Position numbers and translations under genes: made by a program
Source: Bacillota bacterium
GTDB taxonomy: Bacteria > Bacillota > Sulfobacillia > JAJZIM01
Direction: 5' to 3'
NCBI GenBank assembly: GCA_021810565.1
Contig: JAJZIM010000008.1
Location: 7,883 to 71,882, forward strand
DNA: 64,000 nt
In this document: positions 32,826 to 46,923 of the stretch, piece after piece
Layout: each line of letters starts with the position of its first letter
How positions within the stretch are numbered: the first letter of the stretch is position 1
Notes under the pieces: model-generated
Seen by the model: the letters and a program-made list of their open reading frames with translations, nothing else
Told to the model about the DNA's origin: nothing
Database searches by the model: none

Positions 32826-33110
32826 CTACACCCCCTCGAAGAACTGGATCTTCTCGCCCGGACGCAGGGTCACCACGGCCTTCTTCCAATCCGGCTGGTA
32901 GCCGGAAGTCTTGCCCTGGCGCCGGAACTTGCCGTGCATCCTGGCCGTGTTCACCGCGGCGACCTTCACCTTGAAGATCTCCTCCACTGCTTTCTTGATC
33001 TGCACCTTGTTGGCGCCGAGGGCCACCCGGAAGGTGTACCGGCCCTCGGCCATGAGCTGGTTGGTCTTCTCCGTGACTATCGGCCGGACCAGGATGTCCC
33101 GGCTGTCCAT
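32826..33110 (-). CDS. rplW: 50S ribosomal protein L23
   Basis: PIVTEKT, WKKAVVTL. Confidence 0.98.
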   Translation of the reverse strand: MDSRDILVRPIVTEKTNQLMAEGRYTFRVALGANKVQIKKAVEEIFKVKVAAVNTARMHGKFRRQGKTSGYQPDWKKAVVTLRPGEKIQFFEGV

Positions 33111-33122
33111 GGTCGTCTCCCC

Positions 33123-33743
33123 CTAACCCAGAAGTTCCCCCACCCGCAAGGCCGCCTCCCGGGTGAGGACGGTCTTGGGATGCGCCAAAACGTCGTACAC
33201 GCACAGGTCGTCCGCCACCACGGTGCGCACCCCCGGCAGGTTCCGCGCGGACAGCGCCACGTTGCGATCGGCGGCGGGAAGGATCAAGAGCGGGCGGGAC
33301 GCGCCGAGCTCGGCCAGCATCCCGGCCATCTCGCGGGTCTTGGGCTGGCTCATGACCAACTCGTCCAGCACCACCAGTTCCCCGTCGCGCAGCCGGGCCG
33401 ACAGCGCGCAGCACAGCGCCGCCCGCCGGGCCTTCTTGGGCATATCCTGCCGGAATTCCCGGGGCACCGGTCCGAAGGCCACGCCTCCGGAGCGCCAAAG
33501 CGGCGAGCGGATGCTGCCCTGGCGGGCCCGCCCGGTCCCCTTCTGGCGCCAGGGCTTCCTGCCGCCGCCGGCCACCGCGGCGCGGTTCTTCACCGCCGAG
33601 GTGCCTTGGCGCTGGTTGGCCAGGAAGCGCACCAGCGCTTGGTGCAAGAGCGCCTCGTTCACCGGTCGGCCGTACACCGCCTCCGGCAACTCCAGTTCCT
33701 CCACCGTCTCGCCCCGGCGGTTCACCACCGATACCTTGGGCAA
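33123..33743 (-). CDS. rplD: 50S ribosomal protein L4
   Basis: KPWRQKGTGRARQGSIRSP, SARNLP; TTG start after GGAGGTG. Confidence 0.98.
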   Translation of the reverse strand: MPKVSVVNRRGETVEELELPEAVYGRPVNEALLHQALVRFLANQRQGTSAVKNRAAVAGGGRKPWRQKGTGRARQGSIRSPLWRSGGVAFGPVPREFRQDMPKKARRAALCCALSARLRDGELVVLDELVMSQPKTREMAGMLAELGASRPLLILPAADRNVALSARNLPGVRTVVADDLCVYDVLAHPKTVLTREAALRVGELLG

Positions 33744-33748
33744 TGCCG

Positions 33749-34378
33749 TCACCTCCCCTTCCCGGACTTGGCCTGACGCACCAGCACCAGGCTGCCCCGC
33801 GCTCCCGGCACCGCGCCGCGGATCAGGAGCAGGTTGCGCTCGGGATCCACCCGCACCACCGTCAGGTTGCGCACCGTGACCCGCGTGTTCCCCAGGTGGC
33901 CGGGCATGCGGCGCCCCTTGTGGACGTGGCCGCCGCCCCCGGAGCTGCGCGGCGCCAGCGACCCCGGACCCCGGTGGTACTTGGAGCCGTGGGTCATGGG
34001 TCCGCGCCCGAAGCCCCAGCGGCGCACGCCGCCCTGAAACCCCTTGCCCCGGGAGGTGCCGACGACATCCACCCGCTCCCCGGGCTCGAAGACGTCGGCC
34101 CGCAGCTGTTGCCCCTCCTGGTACTGTTCCGCCTCGGCCGGCAGCTCGCGCAGGTAAGCCTGCGGTTCCAGCCCGGCCCGGGCAAAGTGGCCCGCGCGGG
34201 GCCGGTTCACCTTGGCCGCCTCGAAGCCCAACTGCACGGCGGCGTAGCCGTCCCGGCCCGCCGTCTTCACCTGGACCACCCGGCAGGGGCCGGCCTGAAT
34301 GGCCGTCACCGGGATCACCTTTCCCGTCTCGTCGAAGATCTGGCTCATGCCGATCTTCTTGCCTAGGATGCCTTTCAC
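33749..34378 (-). CDS. rplC: 50S ribosomal protein L3
   Basis: GKKIGMSQIF, GKGFQG, HGSKYHR, GAVPG. Confidence 0.99.
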   Translation of the reverse strand: MKGILGKKIGMSQIFDETGKVIPVTAIQAGPCRVVQVKTAGRDGYAAVQLGFEAAKVNRPRAGHFARAGLEPQAYLRELPAEAEQYQEGQQLRADVFEPGERVDVVGTSRGKGFQGGVRRWGFGRGPMTHGSKYHRGPGSLAPRSSGGGGHVHKGRRMPGHLGNTRVTVRNLTVVRVDPERNLLLIRGAVPGARGSLVLVRQAKSGKGR

Positions 34379-34406
34379 CCGCGTCGCCCTCCTACCTGGC
34401 CGTGGC

Positions 34407-34715
34407 CTAGAGCTTGATCTCGATGTCCACCCCGGCCGGCAGATCGAGACGCATCAGCGCGTCCACCGTCTTGGAGGAGGGCTCCAGGATGTCGATGAGG
34501 CGCTTGTGGGTGCGCATCTCGAACTGCTCCCGGATATCCTTCTCCCCGTTGGGGGCCACCAGCACCGTATAGATGCTCTTCTCCGTGGGCAGGGGGATGG
34601 GACCCGATACCCCCGCCCCGGTGCGCCGGGCCGTTTCCACGATCTTCTCCGCCGACTGGTCCAAGGCCCGATGATCGAAGGCCCGCAGCCGGATCCGGAT
34701 CTTCTGGGAAGCCAA
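34407..34715 (-). CDS. rpsJ: 30S ribosomal protein S10
   Basis: [32 protein letters not shown]. Confidence 0.99.
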   Translation of the reverse strand: MASQKIRIRLRAFDHRALDQSAEKIVETARRTGAGVSGPIPLPTEKSIYTVLVAPNGEKDIREQFEMRTHKRLIDILEPSSKTVDALMRLDLPAGVDIEIKL

Positions 34716-34727
34716 AGCCGATACCCC

Positions 34728-35930
<1,203 letters not shown>

Positions 35931-35944
35931 TTCTTCCTTCCTCC

Positions 35945-38029
35945 TTACTGGCCGCCGCGAGCCTTGATGACCGTCTCGGCCACGTTCTTGGGCACCTCGT
36001 CGTAATGGGAGAACTGCATGGTGTAGGTTCCCCTGCCCTGGGTGCGCGAGCGCAGATCCGTCGCGTAGCCGAACATCTCCGCCAGGGGCACCAGGCCGCG
36101 GATGACCTGGGCTCCGGAGCGGGACTCCATGCCCTCGATGCGGCCGCGACGGGAGTTGATATCCCCCAGGACGTCCCCCATGTACTCCTCGGGAACCACC
36201 ACCTCCACCTTCATCACGGGCTCCAGGAGGACCATGCCCGCCTGGCGGGCGCCCTCCTTGAAGCCCAGGGATCCCGCGATTTTGAAGGCCATCTCGGAGG
36301 AGTCCACCTCGTGGTAGGAGCCGTCATACAAGGTGACGCGCATGTCCACCACCGGGTAGCCGGCCAACACCCCGTTCTCCATGGCCTCCCGAATGCCGGC
36401 CTCCACCGCCGGGATGTACTCCCGCGGGATGACTCCGCCCACGATATGGTTGACGAAATCGAAACCCTGCCCCCGCTCCAGGGGCTCCAGGGCCAGCACC
36501 ACATGTCCGTACTGCCCGCGTCCTCCCGTCTGCCGGATGTACTTGCCCTCGGCCTTGGCCACCTTGCCGCGCAGGGTCTCCTTGTAGGCCACCTGGGGAC
36601 GCCCCACGGCGGCCTCCACCTTGAACTCCCGCAGCATGCGGTCCACGATGATCTCCAGGTGCAACTCGCCCATGCCGGAGATGATGGTCTGCCCGGTGTC
36701 GGTGTCGGTGTGCATCCGGAAAGTGGGATCCTCCTCCGCCAGGCGCGTCAGGGCCACCCCCATCTTGTCCTGATCCGCCTTGGTCTTCGGCTCGATGGCC
36801 ACGGAGATCACCGGCTCCGGAAACTGCATGGCCTCCAACAGCACCGGCGCGCTCTCGTCGGACAGGGTGTCGCCGGTAGCCGTGTCCTTGAGCCCCACGG
36901 CGGCCACGATGTCGCCGGGGAAGGCCTCGGCGATCTCCTCCCGGTGGTTGGCGTGCATCCGCAGGATGCGCCCGATGCGCTCCTTCTTCTGCTTGGTGGC
37001 GTTCAGGACGTAGGATCCGGCCGTCAGCTTACCGGAGTACACCCGGAAGAAGCACAGCTTGCCCACGAAGGGATCGGCCATGATCTTGAAGGCCAGCGCC
37101 GCGAAGGGCTCCCCCTCCTTGGCGTGGCGCTCCACCTCTGCCGCCCCGTCTCCGGGTACGGTGCCCTGCACCGCCGGCACGTCCAGAGGCGAGGGCAGGT
37201 AGTCCACCACGGCGTCCAGAAGCCGCTGCACGCCCTTGTTGCGGTAGGACGAGCCGCACAGCACCGGGGTCAGCCGGCCGGCGATGGCCCCCTTGCGCAG
37301 GGCGGCGCGGATCTCCTCCCGCGTGATGGGCGCTCCCTCCAGGTACTTGCCCATCAGCTCCTCATCCACGTCGGCCACGGCCTCCAAGAGCTGCTCCCGA
37401 TATTTCGCCACCAGTTCCGCCATCTCGGCGGGGATCTGGTCTTCCTGGGCCTTGGTGCCCAGATCGTCCAGGTAGATGATCGCCCGCTCCTCGACCAGGT
37501 CCACCAGGCCGCGAAAATCATTCTCCGCCCCGATGGGCAGCTGCACGGCCACGGGGTTGGCCCGCAGGCGGCTCTTGAGCTGGTCCAACAGGCCGTAGAA
37601 GTCGGCCCCCACGATGTCCATCTTGTTCACGTAGGCGATGCGCGGCACGTGGTAGCGGTCGGCCTGACGCCACACCGTCTCCGACTGGGGCTCCACCCCG
37701 CCCTTGGCGCAGAAGATGGCCACCGCCCCGTCCAGGACGCGCAACGAGCGCTCCACCTCCACGGTGAAGTCCACGTGCCCGGGCGTGTCGATAATGTTGA
37801 TCCAGGCGTCGCGCCAGTGGCAGGTGGTGGCGGCGGAGGTGATGGTGATACCCCGCTCCTGCTCCTGCACCATCCAGTCCATGGTGGCGGTGCCCTCGTG
37901 GACCTCCCCCATGCGGTGCAGCCGCCCCGTGTAGTAGAGGATGCGCTCCGTGGTGGTGGTCTTACCGGCATCGATATGGGCCATGATGCCGATGTTGCGG
38001 ATATGTTCGGTGCTGTAGGGTCTGGACAT
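35945..38029 (-). CDS. fusA: elongation factor G
   Basis: [32 protein letters not shown]. Confidence 0.99.
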   Translation of the reverse strand: MSRPYSTEHIRNIGIMAHIDAGKTTTTERILYYTGRLHRMGEVHEGTATMDWMVQEQERGITITSAATTCHWRDAWINIIDTPGHVDFTVEVERSLRVLDGAVAIFCAKGGVEPQSETVWRQADRYHVPRIAYVNKMDIVGADFYGLLDQLKSRLRANPVAVQLPIGAENDFRGLVDLVEERAIIYLDDLGTKAQEDQIPAEMAELVAKYREQLLEAVADVDEELMGKYLEGAPITREEIRAALRKGAIAGRLTPVLCGSSYRNKGVQRLLDAVVDYLPSPLDVPAVQGTVPGDGAAEVERHAKEGEPFAALAFKIMADPFVGKLCFFRVYSGKLTAGSYVLNATKQKKERIGRILRMHANHREEIAEAFPGDIVAAVGLKDTATGDTLSDESAPVLLEAMQFPEPVISVAIEPKTKADQDKMGVALTRLAEEDPTFRMHTDTDTGQTIISGMGELHLEIIVDRMLREFKVEAAVGRPQVAYKETLRGKVAKAEGKYIRQTGGRGQYGHVVLALEPLERGQGFDFVNHIVGGVIPREYIPAVEAGIREAMENGVLAGYPVVDMRVTLYDGSYHEVDSSEMAFKIAGSLGFKEGARQAGMVLLEPVMKVEVVVPEEYMGDVLGDINSRRGRIEGMESRSGAQVIRGLVPLAEMFGYATDLRSRTQGRGTYTMQFSHYDEVPKNVAETVIKARGGQ

Positions 38030-38041
38030 GGTCGACTCTCC

Positions 38042-38512
38042 TTACCAGCGGTAGTGGCTGAAGGCCCGGTTGGCCTCCGCCATGCGGTGCATCTCTTCCT
38101 TGCGGCGCACGGTGGCCCCGGTGTTGCCGGCGGCGTCCAGAAGCTCCGCCGCCAGCCGGTGCTCCATCCCCCGCTCGTTGCGGCCCCGGGCAAAGCTCAC
38201 CAGCCACCGGATGGCCAAGGACAGCCGCCGCTCCGGGCGCACCTCCATGGGCACCTGGTAGGTGGCGCCACCCACCCGACGGGGGCGCACCTCCAAAAGG
38301 GGCATGGTGTTCTTCACCGCCTGCTCCAGCATCTCCAGGGCGTTCTTGCCGGACTTCTCCTGGAGCTGGGTGAGCGCGTCGTAGACGATGTTCTGAGCCA
38401 GGTACCGCTTGCCGTCCAGCATCACCTTGTTGGTCAGGGCAGTCACCAGCTCACTCCCGTAGACGGGATCCGCCGACACGCTGCGCTTGGGAACCGGTCC
38501 TTTCCTGGGCAA
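38042..38512 (-). CDS. rpsG: 30S ribosomal protein S7
   Basis: TTG start PRKGPV; [24 protein letters not shown]. Confidence 0.99.
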   Translation of the reverse strand: MPRKGPVPKRSVSADPVYGSELVTALTNKVMLDGKRYLAQNIVYDALTQLQEKSGKNALEMLEQAVKNTMPLLEVRPRRVGGATYQVPMEVRPERRLSLAIRWLVSFARGRNERGMEHRLAAELLDAAGNTGATVRRKEEMHRMAEANRAFSHYRW

Positions 38513-38523
38513 ACCCAACCCCC

Positions 38524-38901
38524 CTACTTGCTGCCGGCCCGTTTGGCGCCGTACTTGGATCTTCCCTGGTTCCGCTTGGCTACCCCGGCCGTGTCCAAGG
38601 TCCCGCGGATGATGTGGTAGCGCACCCCCGGCAGGTCCTTGACCCGGCCGCCCCGCACCAGCACCACCGAGTGCTCCTGCAGATTGTGGCCGATCCCCGG
38701 GATGTAGGCCGTAACCTCGATCCCGTTGGTCAGGCGCACCCGGGCCACCTTGCGCAACGCCGAGTTCGGCTTCTTGGGGGTGGTGGTGTACACCCGGGTG
38801 CACACCCCCCGCCGCTGCGGGTTCTCCCGCAGAGCCGGGGCCGCGGACTTCGCGCCCACCTTCTTGCGGCCGTGGCGCACCAGTTGGTTGATGGTTGGCA
38901 T
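38524..38901 (-). CDS. rpsL: 30S ribosomal protein S12
   Basis: [29 protein letters not shown]. Confidence 0.99.
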   Translation of the reverse strand: MPTINQLVRHGRKKVGAKSAAPALRENPQRRGVCTRVYTTTPKKPNSALRKVARVRLTNGIEVTAYIPGIGHNLQEHSVVLVRGGRVKDLPGVRYHIIRGTLDTAGVAKRNQGRSKYGAKRAGSK

Positions 38902-38905
38902 CTCG

Positions 38906-39157
38906 TCACTCCTCGATTAAGGCTGCGGCGGCGGCACCCACTTTGATCCCACAGGCCCGGCCCAGGTCCTCCATGGACTCCACGAACTCCACTTCCACTC
39001 CCCGCGCCCGACTGGCCTCCAGGAGCTTCTTGACCACCCGCTCCTCGGCGTCCCGGGCGATGAACACCTTGCGGGCCTGGTCCCGCTCCACGGCCTTTTG
39101 GCTCTGCTTAAGCCCCACCGTCTTGCGACGGGCCGACTGCAAGCCTTCGAAGGACAA
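38906..39157 (-). CDS. L7Ae-like K-turn RNA-binding protein (YbxF/RulS family)
   Basis: [35 protein letters not shown]; canonical rpoC-rpsL position. Confidence 0.93.
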   Translation of the reverse strand: MSFEGLQSARRKTVGLKQSQKAVERDQARKVFIARDAEERVVKKLLEASRARGVEVEFVESMEDLGRACGIKVGAAAAALIEE

Positions 39158-39194
39158 CAAAGCTCCCTCCCGTTCGAGGACGCACCAGAGCATT

Positions 39195-42100
39195 CTAGCA
39201 CCCGGTCTCCTGCTTGTCAACCACCCGTTCGGCGGCGCCGTTTACCGAAACCTGGATGTTGCGGTAGCGCGACATGCCCGTACCGGCGGGGACCAGCTTC
39301 CCGATGATCACGTTCTCCTTGAGGCCCAGCAGCGGATCCACCTTGCCCTTGATGGCGGCCTCGGTGAGCACCCGCGTGGTCTCCTGGAAGGAAGCCGCGG
39401 ACAGGAAGGAGTCCGTGGCCAGCGAGGCTTTGGTGATCCCCAAAAGGACCGGGTGGGCCACGGCGGGCTCGCCCCCCGCCGCCAGCACCCGGGCGTTCTC
39501 CGCCTCGAAGTCGAAGACGTCCGCCACGCCGCCGGGCAGAAGCTCCGTGACGCCGGGATCATCCACCTTGACCTTGCGCAGCATCTGGCGCACCATCACC
39601 TCGATATGCTTGTCGTTGATGTCCACCCCCTGCAGGCGGTAGACCCGCTGCACCTCGTAGAGCAGATACAGCTGCACCGAGCGCAAGCCCTTGATCCGCA
39701 ACAGCTCGTGCGGGTTGATGGAGCCCTCGGTGAGCTCGTCGCCGGCCCGAACCTGGTCGCCCTCGCTCACCTTCAGGCGGGCGCCGTAAGGGATCGGGTA
39801 GGAGACGAAGTCGCCCTCGGCGGACGCGATCTCCACCTCCCGGCGTCCCTTGCGTTCCACCAGACGCACCGTGCCGTCCATCTCGGTGATGATGGCCTGC
39901 CCCTTGGGCTTTCTGGCCTCGAACAGCTCCTCCACCCGGGGCAGGCCTTGGGTGATGTCCTCCCCCGCCACCCCGCCGGTGTGGAAGGTGCGCATGGTCA
40001 GCTGGGTGCCCGGCTCGCCGATGGACTGGGCCGCGATGATGCCCACCGCCTCCCCCACCTCCACCATGGAGCCGATGGCCAGGTTGCGGCCGTAGCAGGC
40101 GGCGCACACCCCGAACCGCGACTTGCAGGTGAGCACCGACCGGATGCGCACCTCGCGGATCCCTCCGGCCACCACCGCCTCGGCGGCCTCCTCGTCGATC
40201 AGCTGCCCCGCCCTGGCCAGCAGCTCCCCCGTGGTCGGGTCCCGGACGTCCTCGAAGGCCACCCGCCCCACGATCCGGTCGCTCAAGGACTCGATGCTCT
40301 CGTGGCCGTCGGAGATCTCCGTCACGGCCACGCCGTAGGGGGTGCCGCAATCCTCCTCCCGAACGATGACGTCTTGGGCCACGTCCACCAGCCGCCGGGT
40401 CAGGTAGCCCGAGTCGGCGGTGCGCAGGGCCGTGTCCGCCAAGCCCTTGCGGGCGCCGTGGGTGGAGGTGAAGTACTCCAGCACCGTCAGGCCCTCCCGG
40501 AAATTGGCCTTGATGGGCAACTCGATGATCCGTCCGGAGGGATCGGCCATCAGGCCCCGCATCCCGGCCAGCTGAGAGATCTGCTGGATGTTGCCGCGGG
40601 CTCCCGAGATGGCCATCATGTACACCGGGTTGAAACGGTCCAGGGTGGCCATCAGGGCCTCCGTCACCTTGTCCTTGGCCTCGTTCCAGATCTCGATGAC
40701 CTTCTGGTAGCGCTCCTCTTTGGAGATGAGGCCCCGCCGGTACTGGTTGTCGATCAGTTGCACCCGCTCCTCGGCCCGCTCCAGGATGCGCGCCTTGTCC
40801 GCGGGCACGGTCATGTCGGACACCGCGATGGTGGTGCCCGCCCGGGTGGCGTAGGAGAAGCCCAGCTGCTTGATGCCGTCCAGCACCCTGGCCGTGGCGG
40901 CGGTGCCGTGACGCCGGTAGCAGCGGGCCACGGTCTCCGAGAGGATCTTCTTGTCCACTCCCCGGTCGTAGTCCCGCAGGTCCTCGGGCAGGAACTCGTT
41001 GAAGATCAGCCGGCCCAGGGTGGTGGTGAGCCGGCGGCCTTGGTGGCGCACGGTGATCCGGGCGTGCAGGTCCAAGGCTCCGGCCTCGTGGGCCAGGATG
41101 GCCTCGTCCTGGCTGGCGAAGGCCTTCCCCTCCCCGACGGCCCCCTCCCGCAGCAGGGTCAGGTAATAGCAGCCGAGCACCATGTCCTGGGTGGGGGTGA
41201 CCACCGGCCGACCATCCTTGGGGTTCAGGATGTTGTGCGCGGAGAGCATGAGGATCCGGGCCTCGGCCTGGGACTCGGCCGCCAGAGGCACGTGGACCGC
41301 CATCTGGTCCCCGTCGAAGTCGGCGTTGTAGGCGGTGCACACCAGGGGATGGATCTGGATGGCCCGGCCCTCCACCAGGACCGGCTCGAAGGCCTGGATC
41401 CCCAGGCGGTGCAAAGTGGGCGCCCGGTTCAACAAAACGGGGTGGTCCCGGATGACCTCCTCCAGCACGTCCCACACCTCGTTCTTCACCCGCTCCACCA
41501 TCCGCTTGGCGGACTTGATGTTGTGGGCGAAGCCCTCCTGCACCAGCCGCTTCATCACGAAGGGCTTGAACAGCTCCAGGGCCATCTCCTTGGGCAGACC
41601 GCACTGGTTGAGGCGCAGGCGCGGCCCCACCACGATCACCGAGCGGCCGGAGTAGTCCACCCGCTTGCCGAGCAGGTTCTGGCGAAAGCGTCCCTGCTTG
41701 CCCTTCAGCATGTCGCTCAGGGACTTCAGGGGGCGGTTGCCCGGTCCGGTGACCGAGCGGCCCCGGCGCCCGTTGTCGATGAGGGCGTCCACGGCCTCCT
41801 GCAGCATGCGCTTCTCGTTGCGCACGATGATGTCCGGCGCCCCCAGATCCAACAGGCGCTTCAGGCGGTTGTTGCGGTTGATCACCCGCCGGTACAAGTC
41901 GTTCAGGTCGGAGGTGGCGAAGCGCCCGCCGTCCAGCTGCACCATGGGCCTAAGCTCCGGCGGGATCACCGGGATCACGTCCATGATCATCCACTCCGGA
42001 CGGTTCCCGGACTTGCGGAAGGCCTCCACCACCTCCAGGCGGCGGATGGCCCGCACCTTGCGCTGTCCCGAGGTGCCCTTGGCCTCCGAGCGAAGCGTCT

Positions 42101-42665
42101 GGGACAACTCCTCCAGGTCGATCTCCTCCAGGAGGCGCTTGATGGCCTCGGCGCCCATGCCGGCCTTGAAGGCGTGCGCGTAGCGCTCCCGGTACTCCCG
42201 GTACTCGTTCTCGGTCAACAGCTGATCCTTCATCAGCGGCGTGGTGCCGGGGTCGATCACCACGTAGGCGGCGAAATACAGCACCTTCTCCAGGGCGCGG
42301 GGCGACATGTCCAGCATCAGGCCCATGCGACTGGGAATACCCTTGAAGTACCATATATGGGATACTGGGGCGGCCAGCTCGATGTGCCCCATGCGCTCCC
42401 GGCGCACCTTGCTGCGGGTTACCTCCACGCCGCAGCGGTCACAGACGATGCCCTTATAGCGCACGCGCTTGTACTTGCCGCAGTGGCACTCCCAGTCCTT
42501 TTGCGGGCCGAAGATCTTCTCGCAGAACAGGCCCTCCCGCTCCGGCTTGAGGGTGCGGTAGTTGATGGTCTCCGGCTTTTTCACCTCTCCCTTGGACCAC
42601 TCCCGGATCAGCTCCGGCGAGGCGAGGCCGATGCGCATGGAGTCGAAATTGTTGACGTCCAACAT
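39195..42665 (-). CDS. rpoC: RNA polymerase beta' subunit
   Basis: [10 protein letters not shown]-terminal Zn ribbon, [11 protein letters not shown]. Confidence 0.99.
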   Translation of the reverse strand: MLDVNNFDSMRIGLASPELIREWSKGEVKKPETINYRTLKPEREGLFCEKIFGPQKDWECHCGKYKRVRYKGIVCDRCGVEVTRSKVRRERMGHIELAAPVSHIWYFKGIPSRMGLMLDMSPRALEKVLYFAAYVVIDPGTTPLMKDQLLTENEYREYRERYAHAFKAGMGAEAIKRLLEEIDLEELSQTLRSEAKGTSGQRKVRAIRRLEVVEAFRKSGNRPEWMIMDVIPVIPPELRPMVQLDGGRFATSDLNDLYRRVINRNNRLKRLLDLGAPDIIVRNEKRMLQEAVDALIDNGRRGRSVTGPGNRPLKSLSDMLKGKQGRFRQNLLGKRVDYSGRSVIVVGPRLRLNQCGLPKEMALELFKPFVMKRLVQEGFAHNIKSAKRMVERVKNEVWDVLEEVIRDHPVLLNRAPTLHRLGIQAFEPVLVEGRAIQIHPLVCTAYNADFDGDQMAVHVPLAAESQAEARILMLSAHNILNPKDGRPVVTPTQDMVLGCYYLTLLREGAVGEGKAFASQDEAILAHEAGALDLHARITVRHQGRRLTTTLGRLIFNEFLPEDLRDYDRGVDKKILSETVARCYRRHGTAATARVLDGIKQLGFSYATRAGTTIAVSDMTVPADKARILERAEERVQLIDNQYRRGLISKEERYQKVIEIWNEAKDKVTEALMATLDRFNPVYMMAISGARGNIQQISQLAGMRGLMADPSGRIIELPIKANFREGLTVLEYFTSTHGARKGLADTALRTADSGYLTRRLVDVAQDVIVREEDCGTPYGVAVTEISDGHESIESLSDRIVGRVAFEDVRDPTTGELLARAGQLIDEEAAEAVVAGGIREVRIRSVLTCKSRFGVCAACYGRNLAIGSMVEVGEAVGIIAAQSIGEPGTQLTMRTFHTGGVAGEDITQGLPRVEELFEARKPKGQAIITEMDGTVRLVERKGRREVEIASAEGDFVSYPIPYGARLKVSEGDQVRAGDELTEGSINPHELLRIKGLRSVQLYLLYEVQRVYRLQGVDINDKHIEVMVRQMLRKVKVDDPGVTELLPGGVADVFDFEAENARVLAAGGEPAVAHPVLLGITKASLATDSFLSAASFQETTRVLTEAAIKGKVDPLLGLKENVIIGKLVPAGTGMSRYRNIQVSVNGAAERVVDKQETGC

Positions 42666-42666
42666 C

Positions 42667-45600
42667 CTACTCCTCCTCCATATCCAAAGCGAGCGCGGAG
42701 GTGTCCTCGGCCACCAGTTCCGGGAACTCCTCTTCCTCCTCTTCCGCTGACGGCTCCAGCCGACGCGGCGCCGCCACCACGGGCTCCCCCTCGATGGCCA
42801 GCTCCAGGTCCTTGGCCGTCTCGGTCACGTCGTCTTCCAGCTCCTTGATCTCGATCTCCTGGTCGTTCTCCGCCAGGACCTTCACGTCCAGTCCCAGGCT
42901 CTGCAGCTCCTTGATCAGGACCTTGAAGGACTCCGGCACGCCCGGCTCCGGCACATTCTCCCCCTTGACGATGGCCTCGTAGGTGCGCACGCGGCCCACC
43001 ACGTCGTCGGACTTCACCGTCAGGAGCTCCTGCAGGGTGTAGGCGGCACCGTAGGCCTCCAGGGCCCACACCTCCATCTCCCCGAAACGCTGCCCGCCGA
43101 ACTGGGCCTTGCCCCCCAGGGGCTGCTGGGTCACCAGGGAGTAGGGGCCGGTGGAGCGGGCGTGGATCTTGTCGTCCACCAGGTGCGCCAGTTTCAGCAT
43201 GTAGATGTAGCCCACGGTGATGGGATTGTCGAAGGGCTCCCCCGTGCGCCCGTCGTAGAGCACCGTCTTGCCGTCGAGCGGCAACCCGGACTCCACCAGC
43301 TTCTCCATGACGTCCTCCTCGGTGGCCCCGTCGAAAACGGGCGTGGCCATGGCCATCCCCAGCACCGTGGCGGCCCAACCCAGGTGCGTCTCCAGGACCT
43401 GCCCGATGTTCATCCGGGAAGGCACTCCCAGGGGGTTGAGCACGATCTGGACCGGGATGCCGTCGGGCAGAAAGGGCATGTCCTCCTCGGGGAGGATCTT
43501 GGCGATGACGCCCTTGTTGCCGTGGCGGCCGGCCATCTTGTCGCCCTCGGAGATCTTGCGCTTCTGGGCGATGTACACCCGCACCAGCTCGTTGAGGCCG
43601 GGGGCCAGCTCGTCGCCGTTCTCCCGGGTGAACACCTTGACGTCCACCACGATGCCGCTCTCGCCGTGGGGCACCCGCAGGGAGGTGTCCCGCACCTCTC
43701 GGGCCTTCTCCCCGAAGATGGCCCGCAGGAGGCGCTCCTCCGCGGTGAGCTCCGTCTCCCCCTTGGGAGTGACCTTGCCCACCAGGATGTCCCCGGGGCG
43801 CACCTCGGCGCCGATGCGGATGATCCCCCGCTCGTCCAGGTCCTTCAGGACCTCCTCGCCCACGTTGGGGATGTCCCGGGTGATCTCCTCCGGGCCCAGC
43901 TTGGTGTCCCGGGCGTCGCACTCGTATTCCTCGATATGGATGGAGGTGAAGACGTCCTCTTTGACCAGCTTCTCGGAGATGAGGATGGCGTCCTCGTAGT
44001 TGTACCCCTCCCAGGGCATGAAGGCCACCAGGACGTTGCGCCCCAAGGCCAGCTCTCCCAGGTCGGTGGAGGGGCCGTCGGCGATGACCTCCCCCGCCGC
44101 CACCCGCTGCCCCATCAGCACGATGGGGCGCTGATTCATGCAGGTTCCCTGGTTGGAGCGGGCGAACTTGGTCAGCCGGTGCTCATGCATGTTGCCGGTG
44201 TCGTCCCGGATCAGGATGCGCCGGGCGCTGACCCGGATGATGGTGCCGGCGGTCTTGGCCACCTCCACCACTCCCGAGTCGAAGGCGGCCTTGTACTCCA
44301 TGCCCGTACCCACCAGGGGCGCCTCGGTGCGCAAAAGCGGCACCGCCTGACGCTGCATGTTGGAGCCCATGAGGGCCCGGTTGGCGTCGTCATTCTCCAA
44401 GAAGGGGATCAGGGCGGTGGCGATGGACACCACCTGCTTGGGTGAGACGTCCATGAAGTCCACCTCCGGCGCGGGAACCTCCAGGTTCTCGTGGCGGTAG
44501 CGGGCCAGCACCCGCGCCTCGGTGAAGTGGCCCTCCTCGTCCAGCTTGGCGTTGGCCTGGGCGATAACCGTCTCATCCTCTTCGTCCGCCGTCAGGTAGA
44601 CGATCTCGTCGGTGACCACGCCCCGCTCCTTGTCCACCTTGCGGTAGGGGGTCTCGATGAAGCCGAACTCGTTGATCCGGGCGTAGGTGGACAAAGACCC
44701 GATGAGGCCGATGTTGGGACCCTCGGGGGTCTCGATGGGGCACATGCGCCCGTAGTGGGAATGGTGCACGTCCCGCACCTCGAAGCCGGCCCGCTCCCGC
44801 GACAAGCCGCCCGGCCCCAGGGCCGACAGGCGCCGCTTGTGGGTCAGCTCCGCCAGGGGATTGGTCTGATCCATGAACTGGGACAGCTGGCTGGACCCGA
44901 AGAACTCCTTCACCGCCGCCACCACCGGGCGGATGTTGATGAGGGCCTGGGGGGTGATCACGTCCACGTCCTGGATGGTCATGCGCTCCCGCACCACCCG
45001 CTCCATGCGGGCCAGCCCGATGCGGAACTGGTTCTGCAGAAGCTCCCCCACCGAGCGCAGCCGCCGATTCCCCAAGTGGTCGATGTCGTCGGTGGTGCCA
45101 AGACCCCGGTTCAGGGTGACCAGGTAATTCAGACAGGCCACCACGTCGTCGCGGGTGAGCACCTTCTCCTCCCGGACGCCGTTGGAGATCACCCGCACCG
45201 GCCGGCGCTCCCGGCCGCGCACCAACACCGCGGTGACCCCGGCCGTCTCGAAGCGCTTCGCCAGGGCGCGGTCGATCAGCGTGCCGGCTTCGGCCAGCAG
45301 CTCTCCCGTGCCGGGGCTCACCACCGGCTCCATCAACTCGGTGCCGACGATCCGCCGGGGGATGGCCAGCTTCTTGTTCAGCTTGTAGCGGCCGACGGGG
45401 GCCAGGTCGTAGCGCTTGGGTTCGAAGAACAGCGAATCCAACAGGGTGCGCGCGTTGTCCACCGTCGGCGGCTCCCCGGGGCGCAGCCGCTTGTAGATCT
45501 CCACAAGGGCTTCCCCCTGGGTGTTGGTGCTGTCCTTCTCCAGGGTGGCCAGGACCATCTCGTCTTCCCCCAGGCAGTCGGTGATCTGGGAGTTCTCGGC

Positions 45601-46197
45601 GTAGCCCAGGGCCCGCAGCAGCACGGTGACCGGCACCTTCCGGGTGCGGTCCACCCGCACGTAGAGGACGTCTGCCGCGTCGTTCTCAAACTCCAGCCAG
45701 GCGCCCCGGTTGGGGATCACGGTGGCGGAGAATAGCAGCTTGCCGCTGGGATCCAACTGCTCGGAGTAGTAGACCCCGGGGGAGCGCACCAACTGGGAGA
45801 CGATGACCCGCTCCGCCCCGTTGATGATGAAGGTCCCCTGCTCGGTCATCAGCGGGAAGTCCCCCATGAAGACCTCCTGCTCCTTGACCTCCCCCGTCTC
45901 CTTGTTGATCAAGCGCACCCGCACCTTGAGGGGCGCGGCGTAGGTCACGTCCCGCTCCTTGCACTCCTCCACCGAGTACTTGGGCTCCCCCAATTGGTAG
46001 TCCACGAACTCCAGCACCAGGTTGCCCGTGAAATCCTGGATGGGCGATATATCCCGGAACATCTCCCGCAGACCCTTGTGCAGAAACCACTGGTAGGAGG
46101 TTTCCTGGATCTCGATGAGGTTGGGGATATCCAACACTTCCCTGATTCTGGAGAAAATCAGCCGCTCCCGCTTGCCGATCCTTACGGGGTGCGCCAT
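42667..46197 (-). CDS. rpoB: RNA polymerase beta subunit
   Basis: [34 protein letters not shown]. Confidence 0.99.
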   Translation of the reverse strand: MAHPVRIGKRERLIFSRIREVLDIPNLIEIQETSYQWFLHKGLREMFRDISPIQDFTGNLVLEFVDYQLGEPKYSVEECKERDVTYAAPLKVRVRLINKETGEVKEQEVFMGDFPLMTEQGTFIINGAERVIVSQLVRSPGVYYSEQLDPSGKLLFSATVIPNRGAWLEFENDAADVLYVRVDRTRKVPVTVLLRALGYAENSQITDCLGEDEMVLATLEKDSTNTQGEALVEIYKRLRPGEPPTVDNARTLLDSLFFEPKRYDLAPVGRYKLNKKLAIPRRIVGTELMEPVVSPGTGELLAEAGTLIDRALAKRFETAGVTAVLVRGRERRPVRVISNGVREEKVLTRDDVVACLNYLVTLNRGLGTTDDIDHLGNRRLRSVGELLQNQFRIGLARMERVVRERMTIQDVDVITPQALINIRPVVAAVKEFFGSSQLSQFMDQTNPLAELTHKRRLSALGPGGLSRERAGFEVRDVHHSHYGRMCPIETPEGPNIGLIGSLSTYARINEFGFIETPYRKVDKERGVVTDEIVYLTADEEDETVIAQANAKLDEEGHFTEARVLARYRHENLEVPAPEVDFMDVSPKQVVSIATALIPFLENDDANRALMGSNMQRQAVPLLRTEAPLVGTGMEYKAAFDSGVVEVAKTAGTIIRVSARRILIRDDTGNMHEHRLTKFARSNQGTCMNQRPIVLMGQRVAAGEVIADGPSTDLGELALGRNVLVAFMPWEGYNYEDAILISEKLVKEDVFTSIHIEEYECDARDTKLGPEEITRDIPNVGEEVLKDLDERGIIRIGAEVRPGDILVGKVTPKGETELTAEERLLRAIFGEKAREVRDTSLRVPHGESGIVVDVKVFTRENGDELAPGLNELVRVYIAQKRKISEGDKMAGRHGNKGVIAKILPEEDMPFLPDGIPVQIVLNPLGVPSRMNIGQVLETHLGWAATVLGMAMATPVFDGATEEDVMEKLVESGLPLDGKTVLYDGRTGEPFDNPITVGYIYMLKLAHLVDDKIHARSTGPYSLVTQQPLGGKAQFGGQRFGEMEVWALEAYGAAYTLQELLTVKSDDVVGRVRTYEAIVKGENVPEPGVPESFKVLIKELQSLGLDVKVLAENDQEIEIKELEDDVTETAKDLELAIEGEPVVAAPRRLEPSAEEEEEEFPELVAEDTSALALDMEEE

Positions 46198-46431
46198 GAA
46201 AACAAAACCCTCCTTCGCGAACCCGGTGCCACGCGAGAAGTTGCAGGGTCAAAAAAGGGAAAACGGCTCCCCCTCCTGGGTGCTCACCACCCCCCGAAAA
46301 GCAGACGGCGGGACAAAGAAACCAGGAGGCGACCAAAGCGTTCGGGCGCCTCCGCGTTTCTCAACCCGTGCCGAACAGGGCGGCCAGGGGCAGCCCCGTC
46401 AGTGTTCCCAGTATCCCCAATGCAAGTGTTT

Positions 46432-46460
46432 ATAATACCACCGGACAGGGGGGGTGTCAA
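46432..46460 (-). promoter_or_regulatory. sigmaA promoter of rpoBC
   Basis: TTGACA-N17-TATTAT with a TG extension. Confidence 0.75.
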
Positions 46461-46530
46461 GATCGGCCGCCGCTTTTTTTCGGCCCACGGCGAGGGGGGT
46501 GGGTAGGTCCCGCCCCCCTGACCTTCCGCG

Positions 46531-46923
46531 CTACTTTATCTCCGCGACGCCTCCCGCCTCGACCAGCTTGGCCTTGATCTCCTCGGCCTCCGGCTTGCCG
46601 ACCTTCTCCTTGATCGGCTTGGGCGCGCCGTCCACCAGGTCCTTAGCCTCCTTCAGACCCAGTCCCGTGATCTCGCGCACCACCTTGATCACCTGGATCT
46701 TCTTGTCGCCGGCCGAGGACAGGATGACGTCGAACTCCGTCTGCTCCTCCTCCACCGGGGCCGCCGCCGCCGGGGCGGGAGCCGCCGCGTAGGCCGCCAC
46801 CGGGGCCGCCGACACCCCGAACTCCTCCTCGAAGGCCTTTACCAACTGGGACAACTCGAGCACGGTCATACCCTTGACGATCCCCAGTACTTCCTCGGTC
46901 CGGTTCGCTTGCTTGGTCGCCAT
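46531..46923 (-). CDS. rplL: 50S ribosomal protein L7/L12
   Basis: [28 protein letters not shown]. Confidence 0.99.
   Translation of the reverse strand: MATKQANRTEEVLGIVKGMTVLELSQLVKAFEEEFGVSAAPVAAYAAAPAPAAAAPVEEEQTEFDVILSSAGDKKIQVIKVVREITGLGLKEAKDLVDGAPKPIKEKVGKPEAEEIKAKLVEAGGVAEIK

Noticed and set aside
43000-45100. Rifampicin-resistance alleles in rpoB (rpsL also checked for streptomycin alleles)
   Set aside because: The cluster I residues of RpoB and the key Lys residues of S12 look canonical
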